A DNA stretch of 64,000 bases, from contig CM068744.1 of NCBI GenBank assembly GCA_035084275.1, positions 99,882,001 through 99,946,000 on the forward strand, read 5' to 3'. Shown piece after piece: positions 49,780-62,927 of this stretch. The position numbers were made by a program, and so were the translations under genes. The notes beneath the pieces were generated by a model. That model worked only from the letters and a program-made list of their open reading frames with translations. It was not told the origin of the DNA and ran no database searches. Source of the stretch: Hydrolagus colliei. Lineage: Eukaryota. Numbering within the stretch: position 1 is the stretch's first letter; the number at the start of each line of letters is the position of its first letter.

Positions 49780-50445
49780 CGGGTAGACACTGCTTAACAT
49801 CACCGCGATTAACATTTTTTCGCTATTAAGTTGCTGATACATTGGGAATATATAAGTCATTTAACGTTTCGAAGTTTGCTATTACGTTGTTCGCCAGCAG
49901 GTGGAAAGAAGGTGCGACGGCTCTCGGATCTGTGAGCGAGCCAGGCTGGCAGCGAGAGAGAGAGCCAGCTGGCAGAGAGTGGGACAGGCAGCGAGTGAGA
50001 CAGGCAGTGAGTGAGACCGGCAACAAGTGAATGAGCGAGTCAGCTAGCGAGTGAGCCGGGCAGACAGTCAGGGAGCAAGTATAATGTTTTTTTAAAGAAT
50101 TTTTTTTTAACGAGAAATGTCCAAAAGAACCTAACTCCAGTTTATGCATTCATTCTATGGGAAAAAATGTATTCGCTTAACGTTGTTTCGCTTAAAGTCT
50201 TTTTCTAAGCTATGTTGAAGAACACAGGTTGGCAACTTGCAACTAAAGGCCATTAACATATTTACCTGTCAAAGGGAGAATAATCCAGCTGATATCAAAT
50301 TCATACCAATCAATACTTGCAGCAACTTGTTCTTTAATATTGAAGTAAATTGACAGTCTGACTGAGTCTGGATACTTCAGTGGTTTTATGCAACTCAAGA
50401 TTCGCCTGAAGAACCAAACTACGACGTTAAGAGGGGTCTACGTTG
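49780..50445. mobile_element. Degraded Tigger-like non-autonomous element, apparently interrupted at about 50200-50400
   Basis: Left GGGTAGACACTGCTTAACATC and right GACGTTAAGAGGGGTCTACG form degenerate TIRs; internal TTCGCTTAACGTT repeats and CATTCTATGGGAAA resemble Tigger-type MITEs. Confidence 0.6.
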
Positions 50446-51694
50446 TTCTATGTTCTTCTAACATAGCTTGGCAACTTGCAACACTAAATTTCCAACACCA
50501 AAGCTGGTACTGACATCAAAATGGAAAGTACACTATGTCACACATGGTTAAAAATGGAGGTTGGGTTAGTGTTACTGTGGAACTGTTTGAATGATTTTTA
50601 GGTGCCTGACATTGTGCAGCTTCATGTCCTTCAGTATTTGTGGCAATCTATCTACCTGGCTTCAAACTGATCTGCATCTTGGTTGCGGACATGTCTGAAT
50701 ATTTAATGGAGGAGGGGAGCAATAGCAATAAAGCTGTCCACATAGTAAGCTTTGGAGACTGATTTGGTGAAGATAGGAGTGGAACAAAAGATGAGAGATT
50801 GATGGAGAGATTGATCAATGTGAAGAAATTTTTACAAGAATCTACAACAACTGGAAAAAGATAAGCTGGGCAAAGGAGTAATGAGTATGTAGAGAATAAC
50901 GCAGTAGAAATCTAGTTTTATAAGAGAGAGAGGATGTGAGATTCTACCAGCCTGTGGTATGGACTGCTTCCAGTGAATTGTAAACTTGCAAACTTCATTT
51001 AGTGCTTAACCAAATTAAATTGGGACCATATGTCACAAGTTCAAGCTGTTTTCTGGCAGTCGCTTGATCACCTCTTTGTATAAACCGCTCAATACTTCAG
51101 CAATGTACAATTTAGAATTCTGCTTGTTAGTCTGGACATTGCTTTGAATTTACACTTTCCATTGCGTTCTCGAGCCAGGGGCAATGGCATAGCGTTTGTG
51201 TGCCTCGCTCTTTATTCCTGGCACCATCGTCTTAAAGTTAAATGTACCACACTGTGCAAGTTGGCTGTCACGTTTGCCCACAAAATAGTCTCACGATTTT
51301 ACAGCACATCCTGTGAAGCACTTTTGAGACGTCTCGACGACATAAGGTGCCACATAAAAATGCAAAGAGTATTAAGGACCCATTCATTATTGTAGTCCCA
51401 GTTTTTTAGACATGACTTTGATGTTAAAACTGAGTCTTTGAAGCAACTGCATATTTAGTACTGTATCACGCTAAAGATGTGAGGCTGAGTGCCTCATATA
51501 TTTATTACATCGCTGTTTACATCTTTTATTATAGAGTCTAGATCAGTAATGGCCAACCACTTTGTTCAACTTCTAAGGAAACCCTGCTTATCTTCCCTGT
51601 GTCCCTGCCCATCTGGCATTTAATAGAGCGAGTCTCACGTCAAGAGAATATCTCAAACTGAACGACCAATTCCCAACTGTGGGATTGTTCATTC

Positions 51695-52078
51695 TAATCC
51701 TTGCATTTTGAAATAGTGCTTTTCACGTCTTTTAGATGCCACAAGGCGCTTCCCAGAATACAACATGAAAATTACACTTGCCCATAGCGAGCACCTTTCA
51801 CTTCAGGAAAGGCGTCCAATGGCGTCCAATATACCGTAAAGTGCGTTGACTTATATTTGTGGGCAGAACAGTGCAGCCAGTTGCACACAGTAATGTTCCC
51901 ACAAACAGGATTGAGTGACCAAATTATTACAGTATTGTGGGGGGGGGGGTTTCTTGAGGAATTATTATCAGGCATGTGGAATAAGGAAACTTGGCCAAGG
52001 TTTCGCCCTGCCTGGAATTGAACCCAGGTCTCTTGATTGCGAGGCGAGTGCTCTAACCACTGAGCTGCAGAACTCTAG
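51695..52078 (-). mobile_element. Full-length tRNA-derived SINE with an internal L2-tail insertion
   Basis: Head reverse complement GCTCTAACCACTGAGCTGCAGAACTC; extra tail at about 51762-51827. Confidence 0.84.
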
Positions 52079-52848
52079 CAGCACATGGGGGTAGGGGGAG
52101 GGGGGGGGAAACTCTCTTCTCTTTTCAGATAGTGCCATGGTATCTGTAACATTTTCCCTTAACCGGCATACGAGACCTAGGATTGATGTCACATCACGGG
52201 TTAGCGCCTTTGTCACTGCACATGTTCCCCAGCGTTGCATTAAAGCGTTCGTCAAACCCCAGACGTGAAGCCAGAAGCAGCAGCTCCACTGCCTTTGTGC
52301 TTGAGGTTAGCACGGAAGAGAAACCCAGTGTTGATCCTTCACAACTTCTATGGGTCAGCTGCTCGCTGAATAAACTTACTGAGCCAGTTCAGCCGCATAA
52401 CTGGATAGACTGCGATTCCTCGTTCTTTCTGATCATCCCTCCCGACACTTATCTATCTCTGTGTTGCCAACCAGGGCACTTCCTGGAGCTGTCAACATTA
52501 CTTATGGAGGAGAACAAATACAAGGAGGTGAGATTGTCAAACATTCTTGTATAATCACAGGCACTTTCCCAATGAATGGAAGCGTTTAGCTGTTTCTCTC
52601 ATTATCTATAATTCTGCAGACCAGTTGAACAGTAACTGGCAGGTTGCACAATATGGGGTAACGGCGGGATGCATTTTATACCTGCTTATTAATGAGTCTT
52701 TCCAACGAATTTCCTCGGCAGGTATTTTGTTCTGTAATTGGCCCGTAGGCCAATGCAGTACTTTCAAATTTTGTTTAAACTTATTTATATACCTGCTCTC
52801 AACTGGCTTGTTAACCAAGAACATAGACTTATTTGCTTTCTTATAACA

Positions 52849-52954
52849 TAGGGTGACCAGAAAGTCACGATTCCGTTACAATGTCGAGAATAAACCTTAA
52901 AAGAAATGATGGGATTTTAGTTTGACTATAGATTATAGGACGGTTGTCACCCTG
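52849..52954. mobile_element. Possible old hAT-Tip100-like MITE remnant
   Basis: Ends TAGGGTGACCAG ... GTTGTCACCCTG are inverted, but there is no matching 8-bp TSD. Confidence 0.35.
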
Positions 52955-53828
52955 AGTGTAGAAACCATGTCTTATCTTAGCATAAGGGGGAATGTGACGG
53001 GATAGTTCCTGTGTTTGTGATGTGCAATAGGCTATTCCACCTCTGGTAAACAAAAACACACACACACATTTGAACTCATCACATCTGTGTAGATGCTGGC
53101 TCTCCCACTGGAACTAGACGTCTACTCTAATACATTCTCCAGCTCGCTCCAGCCTTTCCCATTTTCAAGAATTCACCCAGTTCCTTTTTAAAAGCAGTTA
53201 TCCTGTGGCCTATTCCTGGATTTGAGGGGAAAATCCAGAGTTTACATTGAGTGTCCCGTGTCTATTTACACTTAATTGCAAAAATGTCGGTTAGGAATGG
53301 AAGACCGCTGTTAAGCGCCGGAGCCATCCGTAAACTTAGTTAATTCTGTGCATAGGTCTGCACTGGATACACAGTAAACACTGAAGAAACAGAATAATAA
53401 TATTCTTTAGATTGCAATGATGATCTCGATTTCCCATCTAACTTGCCAGGGCTTCAGAATGAATTGTTCTGACGATGGTTTGAGTTCTGTTTTGCGTTCA
53501 ACTCTTGTTTTGTGTGTTTAAATCGGAGGGAACAAAATACCCTGAAGAGCAATAGAATGCTCTCTGTTAATAGTGTCCATCTGTTTTTCCTTTCCATCCT
53601 CCTCCTTACCCCGAAGGGCTGAAGCACAGTTTTTTGCACCATCCGAAAAACAAGACGGGATTTGAGACGTTCTGTTTTTTTTGTGTGTGTGTTGCTGTGC
53701 ACATTTATGTTGATGTACTGCCTTCGGCAATAACGCAGCGCAGGTATAGGCTCCAGTCCAGGATGATCAATGTCTCTACCCGACATTGCAGCTAAGAATC
53801 ATAAGAACTGGCTGCAGTTTTATCACAT

Positions 53829-54710
53829 GCACACACACATACACACACACCTCTCCATCCCCCACACACGTACATACACACACACATCTCCATCCNNNNN
53901 NNNNNNNNNNNNNNNNNNNNNNNNNNNNNNNNNNNNNNNNNNNNNNNNNNNNNNNNNNNNNNNNNNNNNNNNNNNNNNNNNNNNNNNNNNNNNNNNNNNN
54001 NNNNNNNNNNNNNNNNNNNNNNNNNNNNNNNNNNNNNNNNNNNNNNNNNNNNNNNNNNNNNNNNNNNNNNNNNNNNNNNNNNNNNNNNNNNNNNNNNNNN
54101 NNNNNNNNNTACACACACACACACCTCTCCAGCCCACACACACACACATATCTCTCAAGCCAACACACACATACATCTCCAGCCAACACACACCTCTCCA
54201 GCCCACACACACAAACATCTCTCCAGCCAACACACACATACACACACACCTCTCCAGCCAACACATCCACAATTCTCCAGCCAACACACACACACATACA
54301 CACCTCTCCAGCCAACACACACACATACACACACCTCTCCAGCCAACACACACACACACCTCTCCAGCCAACAGACACACATACACAAATACACGCCTCT
54401 CCAGCCAACACACACATATACACACACACATCTCTCCAGCCAACACACACACAGAATTCTCTCGTCAACACACACACCTCTCCAGCGAACACACACACAT
54501 ACAAACATACACCTCTCTAGCCAACACACACATCTCTCCAGCCAACACACACACACCTCTCCAGCCAACATACACACACATACAGACACACAATTCTCCA
54601 GCCAACATACACACACACACACATATCTCTCCAGCCAACACATACACACACACACACCTCTCCAGCCAACACACATACACCTCTCCAGGCAACACACACA
54701 CATATACACA
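53829..54710 (+). repeat. Minisatellite: CCTCTCCAGCCAA core separated by variable (CA)n; contains a gap
   Basis: About 20 TCTCCAGCC-like cores with AC-repeat spacers. Confidence 0.92.
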
Positions 54711-54714
54711 TGGA

Positions 54715-54935
54715 CCCATGACTTTTCCCCCTAATCCCACTTCCATGACTGTTTGTGGGACACTGCTGTGCGCAATTTGGCTGTCGCATTTCGCCCACAA
54801 ATATACAGTCAATTTTCCTACTCTTTTTCATCCTGCCCCGACCCCACCCCCCTCGCGCTTGTCCCTACCTAACTGTACAGCGCCTTGGGATGTCATCTCA
54901 ACGTGAAAGGCACTATATAGATGTAAGGATTGATT
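54715..54935 (+). mobile_element. SINE core joined to an L2-type 3' end
   Basis: Core to ATATACAGTCAATT, then a C-rich UTR, CTGTACAGCGCCTTGGGATGTC...GTGAAAGGCACTATATAGATGTAAG and (GATT)n. Confidence 0.78.
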
Positions 54936-55050
54936 GCTTTGATTGATTGGTCGGTTGATTGATTGGTCGGTTGATTGATTGGTCGGTTGATTGGTTGGTC
55001 GGTTGATTGATCGGTCGATTGATTGATTGGTCGATTGATTGATTGATTGA
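54927..55050 (+). repeat. (GATT)n / GGTCGGTT compound microsatellite grown from a retroposon tail
   Basis: Starts directly at the end of the L2-type tail. Confidence 0.88.
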
Positions 55051-56942
55051 AACTGAGAGCCCACAACTCTCCACCTTGCTTAACTGCAGCACAGGCTGCT
55101 TAGTTCAAGTCCATCCCTCATTGGGATGTCTTCCCAACGTAAACAGTGCTACGTAAAATGTAAAATTGTATTGTACTTCTAACTCCTATATTCTCTATAT
55201 TTTACGGCTTCCTATTCTCACCGTGATTGCGTGGTGATAACTGGCCTCTTGCATGGCTGAAGCCTGAACTAAAAGATAGGAAGTGTGGCACCTGCTGGTC
55301 ACTGGTCAAACTCAGGTTTTGCTCTGATCCCACAGTCGGCATCCACTAACGCAGAGAACTCTGACACACAGTGGTGAATAATATCAAACAAAAATTCAAC
55401 ACGGAAAGGGCATGTAGATCACTGTGGCAAAACAAGGTTTAATGTTATTTATAATCTCGCTGAGTAAGTTTCAGTTCCAATTCAATGGCACGTCGTGGGA
55501 TACTGATATGCGCAAATTGGCTGCCGCATTCACCCACAAAACACTCACTGCATTTTGGAGTATATCCTGTGAACGCTTTGAAATGTCCTCCTCACGTGAA
55601 CAACAACAAAATTACATTTGTATAGCGCCTTTCACATCAAGAGGACGTCCCGAGGTGCTGGACAGTTACTGATTCAGACCCGAGCTAAGGTGGGGAGGGA
55701 AGTGGGGTGATAAGGAGTTACCGATGGGTCCAATTATGAAAGGTACAATCTGAGTATATATTTGTAATTGTAATAGCTTGGCTTTTCAAGCTTGAAAGAA
55801 TGCACCTTAGATGCAAGTCTTACAACGGTGTAGAACATTGTCTAAAGGTGGCTAAAATCAGAAATAATTGGTACATCAAAAATCACATTCTTTTCACGCC
55901 AAATGTGCCAACTAGCCAGTGTTAAGAACATGTCCGTGTCTTAGACATAAACTGACTTGGTTTAACGTAAGGCAAAGCTAAACAGTTACTGTCAGTCGTA
56001 ACATTGAGTCTGGAGCTGGTTGCAGTAGATAACAGAATAAAACTTTGGGACGATTGTAGGAATGGAATTTTTGCAGCTTCCAGGTTAATGTTATCCAGTC
56101 GTTTCTATTACAAAAGAGCATCCAGTGGTTTAAAACCTCAGTAGAATCTGCTCATTCTTCTGCCTGAATTGCATTGCCAGCAGCACCACCAGTTTGATTT
56201 GTCACTGGATAGCGAAAATAAGGCAATTTCCTTGAATATTGTATTTCATTGCAAAATGTTTCAAATTAGAATGACTCGGATTGAAGAATGTCCTCGTACA
56301 TTTTGTGCTCTGATGCGTGTCAATGGCATTCTATTCTCGTATGACCCCAAAACAAACTAGAGTCTCTGCTGCTTTCAGGCTGAGCTGCTTAATAAATAAA
56401 AAATAAAAAAATTATCATTTACAATGGGTGTTCTTCAGAGAACTTTATTTGACTAAAATACCATTTCCCCCCATACCCTCCATGCTTACCCCAGTTTTAA
56501 TATGTTTTTATTATACTGCCCTTCACTTCAATTAAACTGAATATAGCTAACATTACTTAGTTAACATTTTCGTTGCTAGATTATGTGCACTGGAATCACA
56601 TTCTTCATTTTTTTCTTTATCAATGTGATGTTTTAAAATCTACAATTAGACTTTATGCGAAATGTGGTGGTGGAGGGAGGGGTTGTTGGGGGTGGGGGGG
56701 GGAGGGAAAGTAATTCTGGGAGGTGAGAGGGAATTAAATGATTTGAAAATCATAATGCTGCCATGTCACTTTACTGCCTAATTTATACCTATCCATTCCC
56801 ACTCTGAACATCAGCCTGGATTCTCAGATATCTCTAGTGATTTAAGTCTTCTATAATCTATCTATTGAAAAAAAACTTGCTTGTTAGTGTGAATTTAATT
56901 GTATATATAGTTCATCTTTCTTGTACTTTGTATTTTTTTCAG

Positions 56943-57043
56943 GATTACCTTGACTGCATCACCGATCAATCACGCCATCCATTAGGAACAGAGGAACGGT
57001 CGGCCTTATTTGGGAACATTCGAGACATCTATCATTTTAATAG
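56943..57043 (+). CDS. PLEKHG1: PLEKHG1 coding exon (DH domain), 101 nt
   Basis: Acceptor TTTTTTTCAG|; encodes [33 protein letters not shown] plus AG; donor AG|GTGAGC; phase 0 in, phase 2 out. Confidence 0.96.
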
Positions 57044-57747
57044 GTGAGCGTAGACCGAGAGGTTTGAGTTCAGTTGGGTAGTATTCAGCATTCAAAGTAC
57101 GTGAAGAAAAGTAACACATAATGCTGCACCCAGACATTCAGAACCTCGGCCGTGCTTTGTTGTATCATTTTTGCAAAGCTTTTCTCACCCAGAGGTTAGT
57201 GTTTGAGATATTCCTGAATATGGTGATCATTTCCTACTTGCGTTGGACTCCCATCTGATCCCCCCCAAAAAAGCCAAAAGTTTGATATCATTTTTTGACT
57301 GTTCTCCAAATAATTGCTACACTTCAATATCAGTCTAGAAGAACAATATAGCATCCCCTCACGCAGGGTAGCATCACAGAGCGCTTGACAATGGCAGAGG
57401 GCAACGCGAGCCGAGGGGAGAGGGGTGTGATTATAGGCACAATCAAGTAGGAAGGTCCTTCACACAAATGAGTGTGAGGATCTTCAAATCGATCCATTCA
57501 GCGATGGTGAGCCAATGAAGCCTAATTAGAGTTGGTGTGATGAGGCTACAAAGTTTAGTACAGGCAAGTCTACTGAGAGTCTTATTCTCACTTTAATGGT
57601 CAGTCGTGGGAAAACTTCACTTCACATAACTACAATCTCTCCTTCCTTTGATTTTTAAGGGCCATACACTATCCATCGCAACTTTGTGCTGAGCTTTGCA
57701 GAATGGGCTGATATATTGGTGTGTACCTGATGGTGCAGATGCAATGA

Positions 57748-57967
57748 ACCCCCGAGGCTCTGGAACTCCCTTCCTCACTTCCTTCACCTCACCCCCTCTC
57801 TCTTCCCAGTTTCAGGTCCCAGCTAAAGACCTTTCTCTTCGACCGCGCCTTTGGTCACCTTCCTCCCCCTGCCCCTGGCTCGGTCCCAGGATCCGTTGTT
57901 GTGAAGCGCTCTGAGATTCCGTCCAGCGTGGAGGGCGCAATATAAATCCAAGTTATAGTTGTTGTTG
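57748..57967 (+). mobile_element. L2 3' UTR/tail, same young subfamily
   Basis: CCCCGAGGCTCTGGAACTCCCTTCCTCAC...GTGAAGCGCTCTGAGATTCCGTCCAGCGTGGAGGGCGCAATATAAATCCAAGTT. Confidence 0.85.
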
Positions 57968-58293
57968 AAAGTAAAAGAAAAAACGGACTAAAAAACAAAC
58001 TGAGCGATATCTGTTGACTTCCGAAACAGTCAACTGATCGGACGCACAATCTGACTGAAAGAAACTTGGAAGAGTAGCATGATGTCAGCAGTGCAATAAT
58101 GCAGACCAGTTTCTGTTTACTGTTGCCCTCTTATAGAACTTTTATAATTATTTCTCAAGGATTTGATAGCGCCTCAGAGTGCTAACTGCAACCCCAGCCC
58201 CTCACAAACATACAACCTCTGGTTTTCACACAATCGTTTAAAATCGTTGCTACCCACTGGAAATGTAACTTTCTTTCTCCCCTCTGTTTACAG

Positions 58294-58363
58294 TGAACTG
58301 CTTCAAGATCTGGAAAACTGTGACAGCGATCCAGTCGCAATCGCAGAGTGCTTTGTTGCAAAG
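58294..58363 (+). CDS. PLEKHG1: PLEKHG1 coding exon (DH domain), 70 nt
   Basis: Acceptor CTCTGTTTACAG|; the first T completes AGT (Ser), then [23 protein letters not shown]; donor AAG|GTAAGC; phase 2 in, phase 0 out. Confidence 0.96.
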
Positions 58364-60159
58364 GTAAGCAATTACTTTATCTTGGCGAAGAGAAAAGTAA
58401 ACTTGAGTTGACTGTTTAATTGGCAATGTTGCATCTCTGTTTGTATAAAGTCACTAGTAGACAAACATTCCAAGTTTGAAATGAAGGATATCCACCCCCC
58501 CCCTCAACCCCCTCCCCACCTCACATCATCAACATATCGAATTCAAGATTACCTTTTGTTCAAATCCATCAATGGCCACCCAATCTCTGTGGCCACTTGC
58601 TCTTGCTTTGGAGAACATGCCTCTTGTCCTTGGCACTTTCTACTCCCACCATCCACGGGTGAGTTTTCAGACATTCTACCTGGCTTCACCCTGGAGTTCC
58701 TCCACCCCCACCTGCCTCCCTCCTGCCCTCACACCCCAGATGTAAAGCACAATCTCTTAAGACCCAATCTCTTCACACTTTGATCACCTTTTCTCTCTTT
58801 CCTTGCCTTCCCAACCCCACTATCAAAGCTCAGACTCCCAATCTGCTTTGCGAGATGCTTCCATGTGTTCGTCTTGACGTACACAATGTTAAATAAATGT
58901 CAATTGCTGTTAACGCTGTCTGAACATTTTGAAAGGTGCAGCCAAATCGGGGACAGGTGACCCTGGATTTATAAAGGGTGATTTGTAAATCGCCCTTTTT
59001 GTTTTTTGACTTGCGTCAGTCTGATTTGTACCTTGTGGTCGTGTTGCCTGAATCACTCAATGTTTCAGGTTGTCAGCTAACATGGTACTCTCGAATATCG
59101 CTTCTGTACTGGGTGTCGTTCATTGCCAGCAGCTCCTGTGGCCTGATATCCTTTTCCGAAATGGAAATGGATCTCCACCATTATCGTTAACCCTCTGAAA
59201 AGAACTTGTTTGAGACGTTTCAGTATGTGCTGTGATTGATTCTTTAGAGCGAATAATCAGTAGCATTACCCCAGCACCTATTGCATTTAATACTGTAACC
59301 TGATCGCACGTTACCTCACCACTATGGGGTGTGGAAGAATTGAAGGTGTGCTACAGTACTCTTAAATCATTCTCTTTCTGTCTCTGTTGCCTTCCGGGCT
59401 CGACTTATTGCGGTTCTGCTATCATTGTTCCCTCTACAATCTGCAGATCCTGACTTCCACTCTGTCCAGTGTACCGTATAATGTTGATTTACAGGGACGG
59501 GTGTCAGTAATGTACTCTGGAAAATATCTAGGCCTTTTAATTTCCATGTATTTTTCCTTCTCAGCTTTGCTTTTGAATGTGCCTACCCCCCCATTTACAT
59601 TCAGACGTAATTGCTCTCTCTATTCCTAAGTCTCATTACAGTTACAGCAACAGTAACACTCAATAATTATCACGTGAAGATGAATATTCAGTCCTTGGTG
59701 CTGTTTTCAGTAGTGACATCTGAGAGGCTTGGTGGATAGCAGCTCTTGAATGCTTATTAGCTGGAAACTGACTTTGACCAAACAAAAAGCCTAAAGTTAC
59801 CCTGGCACCTGTTAGTTGAAATCTGAGTTCCACAAGCTGGAACTTAGTGTTCAATCTTCTGCAGAATGCTGTTAAATAGCATTGGGAAGCGTAAGTTCTC
59901 TAGGACATCTAACGTACCAAATATTGAAAGCATTGCAAAGTGTATTCTTTCCACCTCTTGTGTGTGTGCGCGCGCGTGTATGTTGACTTTAATGCGTCAC
60001 ATTATTTTATTTTGGGATTGCTTCCTTGCCTCTCATTGCCCCACACTAAACTTTATTTCTAAATCCCCCTAAAATTATGAGGTTTAAGGTATATTGAGCT
60101 CTGGTCATATATACACCTTGTACTGTTCTGGCCACTGCGACATGAGGTGGCTGTTTGGG

Positions 60160-60460
60160 ATCACATAGAGGGGTATAAAACTCTAAATGGGATTGAAAAA
60201 GTATATCCGGTACAATATGCTGGATGCACCATGGCAGTAGAACAATAGGACGTAAAAGATAGAAAGGACATTTTCAGGATGTTTTTCCTAATCCCAGAGG
60301 TAATTAATGATCGCAAAAGATCACCGGGAAGAGTTGTTGAGGCCAGGAGGCTAGATTCATTTTTTAAAATGCTTGAATCTGTGATGAGAGAATGTTGCGT
60401 GCCTATTTTGGAAGGATGGGATTTAAGTAGGCCGAAAGTCCTTCTTCATCTCAACCGCTG
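60160..60460 (+). mobile_element. Old CR1 3' fragment
   Basis: Degenerate ATAGAGGGGTATAAAACTCTAAATGGG...CAGAGGTAATTAATGA...GTTGTTGAGGCC...TAGGCCGAAAGTCCTTCTTCATC. Confidence 0.5.
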
Positions 60461-60775
60461 TTGTGATCTTGGGTTTAATTTGCTGGCTGTCTTGAAAGTG
60501 AGAGCAATCCTGCTTCAAGAAATTGATGGGCGATATCAAGAGTAGAACAATACAATGGCAAAGGGGTTAGTGTTAATGGGGTTTGACTGGTGTTCTTGCT
60601 TTCCACTAGATCAGACTGGTTTCGATCAAAATGATTTTGACATTCTGTTGCCAAGATAGAGATGTGCTAAATCCTGATGCAATTTCAAGAAAAACTTTCT
60701 ATTCTGCCACCACTCCCCCTCCCTCACCATCCCCCGCCACCCTCTAAAAAAAAATTATTTTCTAGATCATACAAA

Positions 60776-61834
60776 TACGGAGAATGGGATAGAATTGAAT
60801 GCTTCACTGTTGGTTTATGCTTGTCATTTGAAGGCGTAAGGTTTCTAAAACTGGTATCAAATTCTCTGAATTTGTCATCAGGACAGTCCTATGATCCGAT
60901 AATTGTCGCATTCTTGATATGGTCTTGCAACTCTCAATTGCAGTAGTTAATTTGGATGTCTGACTGCACTCCCAGACACTGTGGTGGTTCCTTGCCAGGG
61001 TTTGGCTGCTTCAGCAACGACTTGCAAAGCCACAAAACACAATGAGGTTTGACTGTTTCCACCAGCCACAACTTCTCTCGGAGTCAAACTCCTGGTGGTT
61101 GGGACCACTGCGTAGAGAGGGAAAATGACAGGTTTCATTGTCGTTGTAATTAGCCGGTATATAGTAATAATACTTGAGTGTGGTATGGCACCTTTCATGA
61201 TAATAATACACTTCATCGAGTCAGGTTTGGAGGCGAACTGGGTGTCTGACACACACGGTTTATTCCATCCTCTTGCTTAGGAGTGTCAAAACTAGGCTGA
61301 GGTCCAGCTGCACATGGAAATTCTCACATCTGGAGAGGAATGCTCACCCCCAGGGAGAGAATAAGCCCCTGCAATACCTATTTTAGAAGAGTAGTAGGTG
61401 CAGGTTAGCAAGAGCTACAGCTTGGGAGACCCCAGAGTATGATTTGGGTAGCCCTGGAATTTAACGACTGTAGTTAAAACCATTTGTCATTGAAGCACTG
61501 TCTTTAACAGGTTGCTCGCTGCTTGCCCTTTAGGGCTTCAGCTCAGGGTTCTCGGGAGCTTAGTGAGAAGTACAAGTGAACCGTCATTGGCTGGTCTATT
61601 GTCAGCAATCCCCTCAGAGTACTGTGAACCAAGGCTCAGTAACTGGACTACTGAAGGGTGCTAAAGAGGTCCGACTCGATGCTGACATTCTGTAGATAGC
61701 ACAAGTTCTATTACGGAGACTGGAACAGAATCGAATGCTTCACTATTGGTTTACGCTTGTCCTTTGAAGGCATGAAGTTTCTAAAACTGGTATCAAATTC
61801 TCTGAATTCGTCACCAGTGCAGTCCTATGATCCG
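60776..61834 (+). repeat. Pair of 123-bp direct repeats (60776-60898 and 61712-61834) with an 813-bp spacer
   Basis: Ungapped manual alignment with about 14 mismatches (about 89% identity). Confidence 0.88.
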
Positions 61835-62880
61835 CTCCATGTGCTCTGCCAAATAATCAAATTCTATTAAGTCATAAGCTTCTAAACTGCTTTTAGCATT
61901 CCAAAGCCTTGAATGATAATATGGATTCAGTTGAGACCAAAATTATGCAACTCAAGTGATTTGAATATCAAACTTAGCTTTCTGGCTAGACCATCTGTAG
62001 AAGTCTATATACTGCAGGGGTTAAATACTTAGTCGCTTCGGGTTTCTGATACAAAATCACATTGAACTGCTTTACAAATTTCTAAAATACAAGGACTCTC
62101 TGTATGAGCTAACTCTGATGGATAGAATGTCTCGACAAGCCAGAAGTTAATTATCTACTTAGTAAGTCTCCTGATTTTCATTTTGGCTTTCGGGCACGCT
62201 GGGCGGGGGCAAGGAGTGGGGAGGGACTTGTAATTGGATTGTCTTCAGCTGTCCTGTAAAGATGCACTTTACAAAAAAAACACTACTGATCTGAACATGG
62301 ACTTATCTAGACTCATGCAAATGTTTTGAAGGGGGTGGGAGAGGCATTTCTTGAGGGCCCCGTAGGTCACAGGTTGGCTACTGCTGCTTTAAATCCACTC
62401 CGTTTTAGCTTGGACTCAATTTGGGAAAGGTTAACATGTTGACTCTGGGTTAGGTGGAGAGTGGGGGGGAGGTCAAAAGTTATTTAGGTGAGATTGTTTG
62501 CACGACTGTGGTCTCATTTGGGATAAACTTGGAACGATTTTTTTTCTTATTGATTTTCAGACCAATTACAGGTAGTTCAGTCAAATCCATCTGTGTTATT
62601 AATCTTTATATCTAGCATGTGTAACAACTTCACCTCCCGCAGACCTTCTGAAGTCATGAAACCACTACAATTGAACTATGTCTCCTAGTTCAGTTGGGTT
62701 GCACTTAGCAGTTAGTTTGGGGATAAAACAGTCCTTCGTGTTTTGGGATGGGATAAATACAAACTTCTGTACTATAAAATGGGTGCTTGCAAAATCTTCC
62801 CAACACGTGAGACAATTGAACACCGATGTTGTTCAAGTGTATGTATTGTCTTGTAATGACTTGTTTTGTTCATTCCCCAG

Positions 62881-62927
62881 AGCGAAGAATTCCATATTTA
62901 TACACAATACTGTACAAACTATCCAAG
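62881..62927 (+). CDS. PLEKHG1: PLEKHG1 coding exon (DH domain), 47 nt; gene continues beyond the window
   Basis: Acceptor CATTCCCCAG|; encodes SEEFHIYTQYCTNYP plus AG (YxxYCxNYP DH motif); donor AG|GTAAGA. Confidence 0.95.

Noticed and set aside
53770-54906. His/Thr-rich and Cys/Val-rich ORFs; CRISPR-like appearance of a repeated core with spacers
   Set aside because: CA-based minisatellite spanning an N gap; the spacers are simple repeats rather than unique sequences; no cas genes; vertebrate context.
62355-62390. CAGGTTGGCTACTGCTG resembling a hAT-Charlie terminus (similar motif at about 51544)
   Set aside because: No partner terminus or TSD found nearby.
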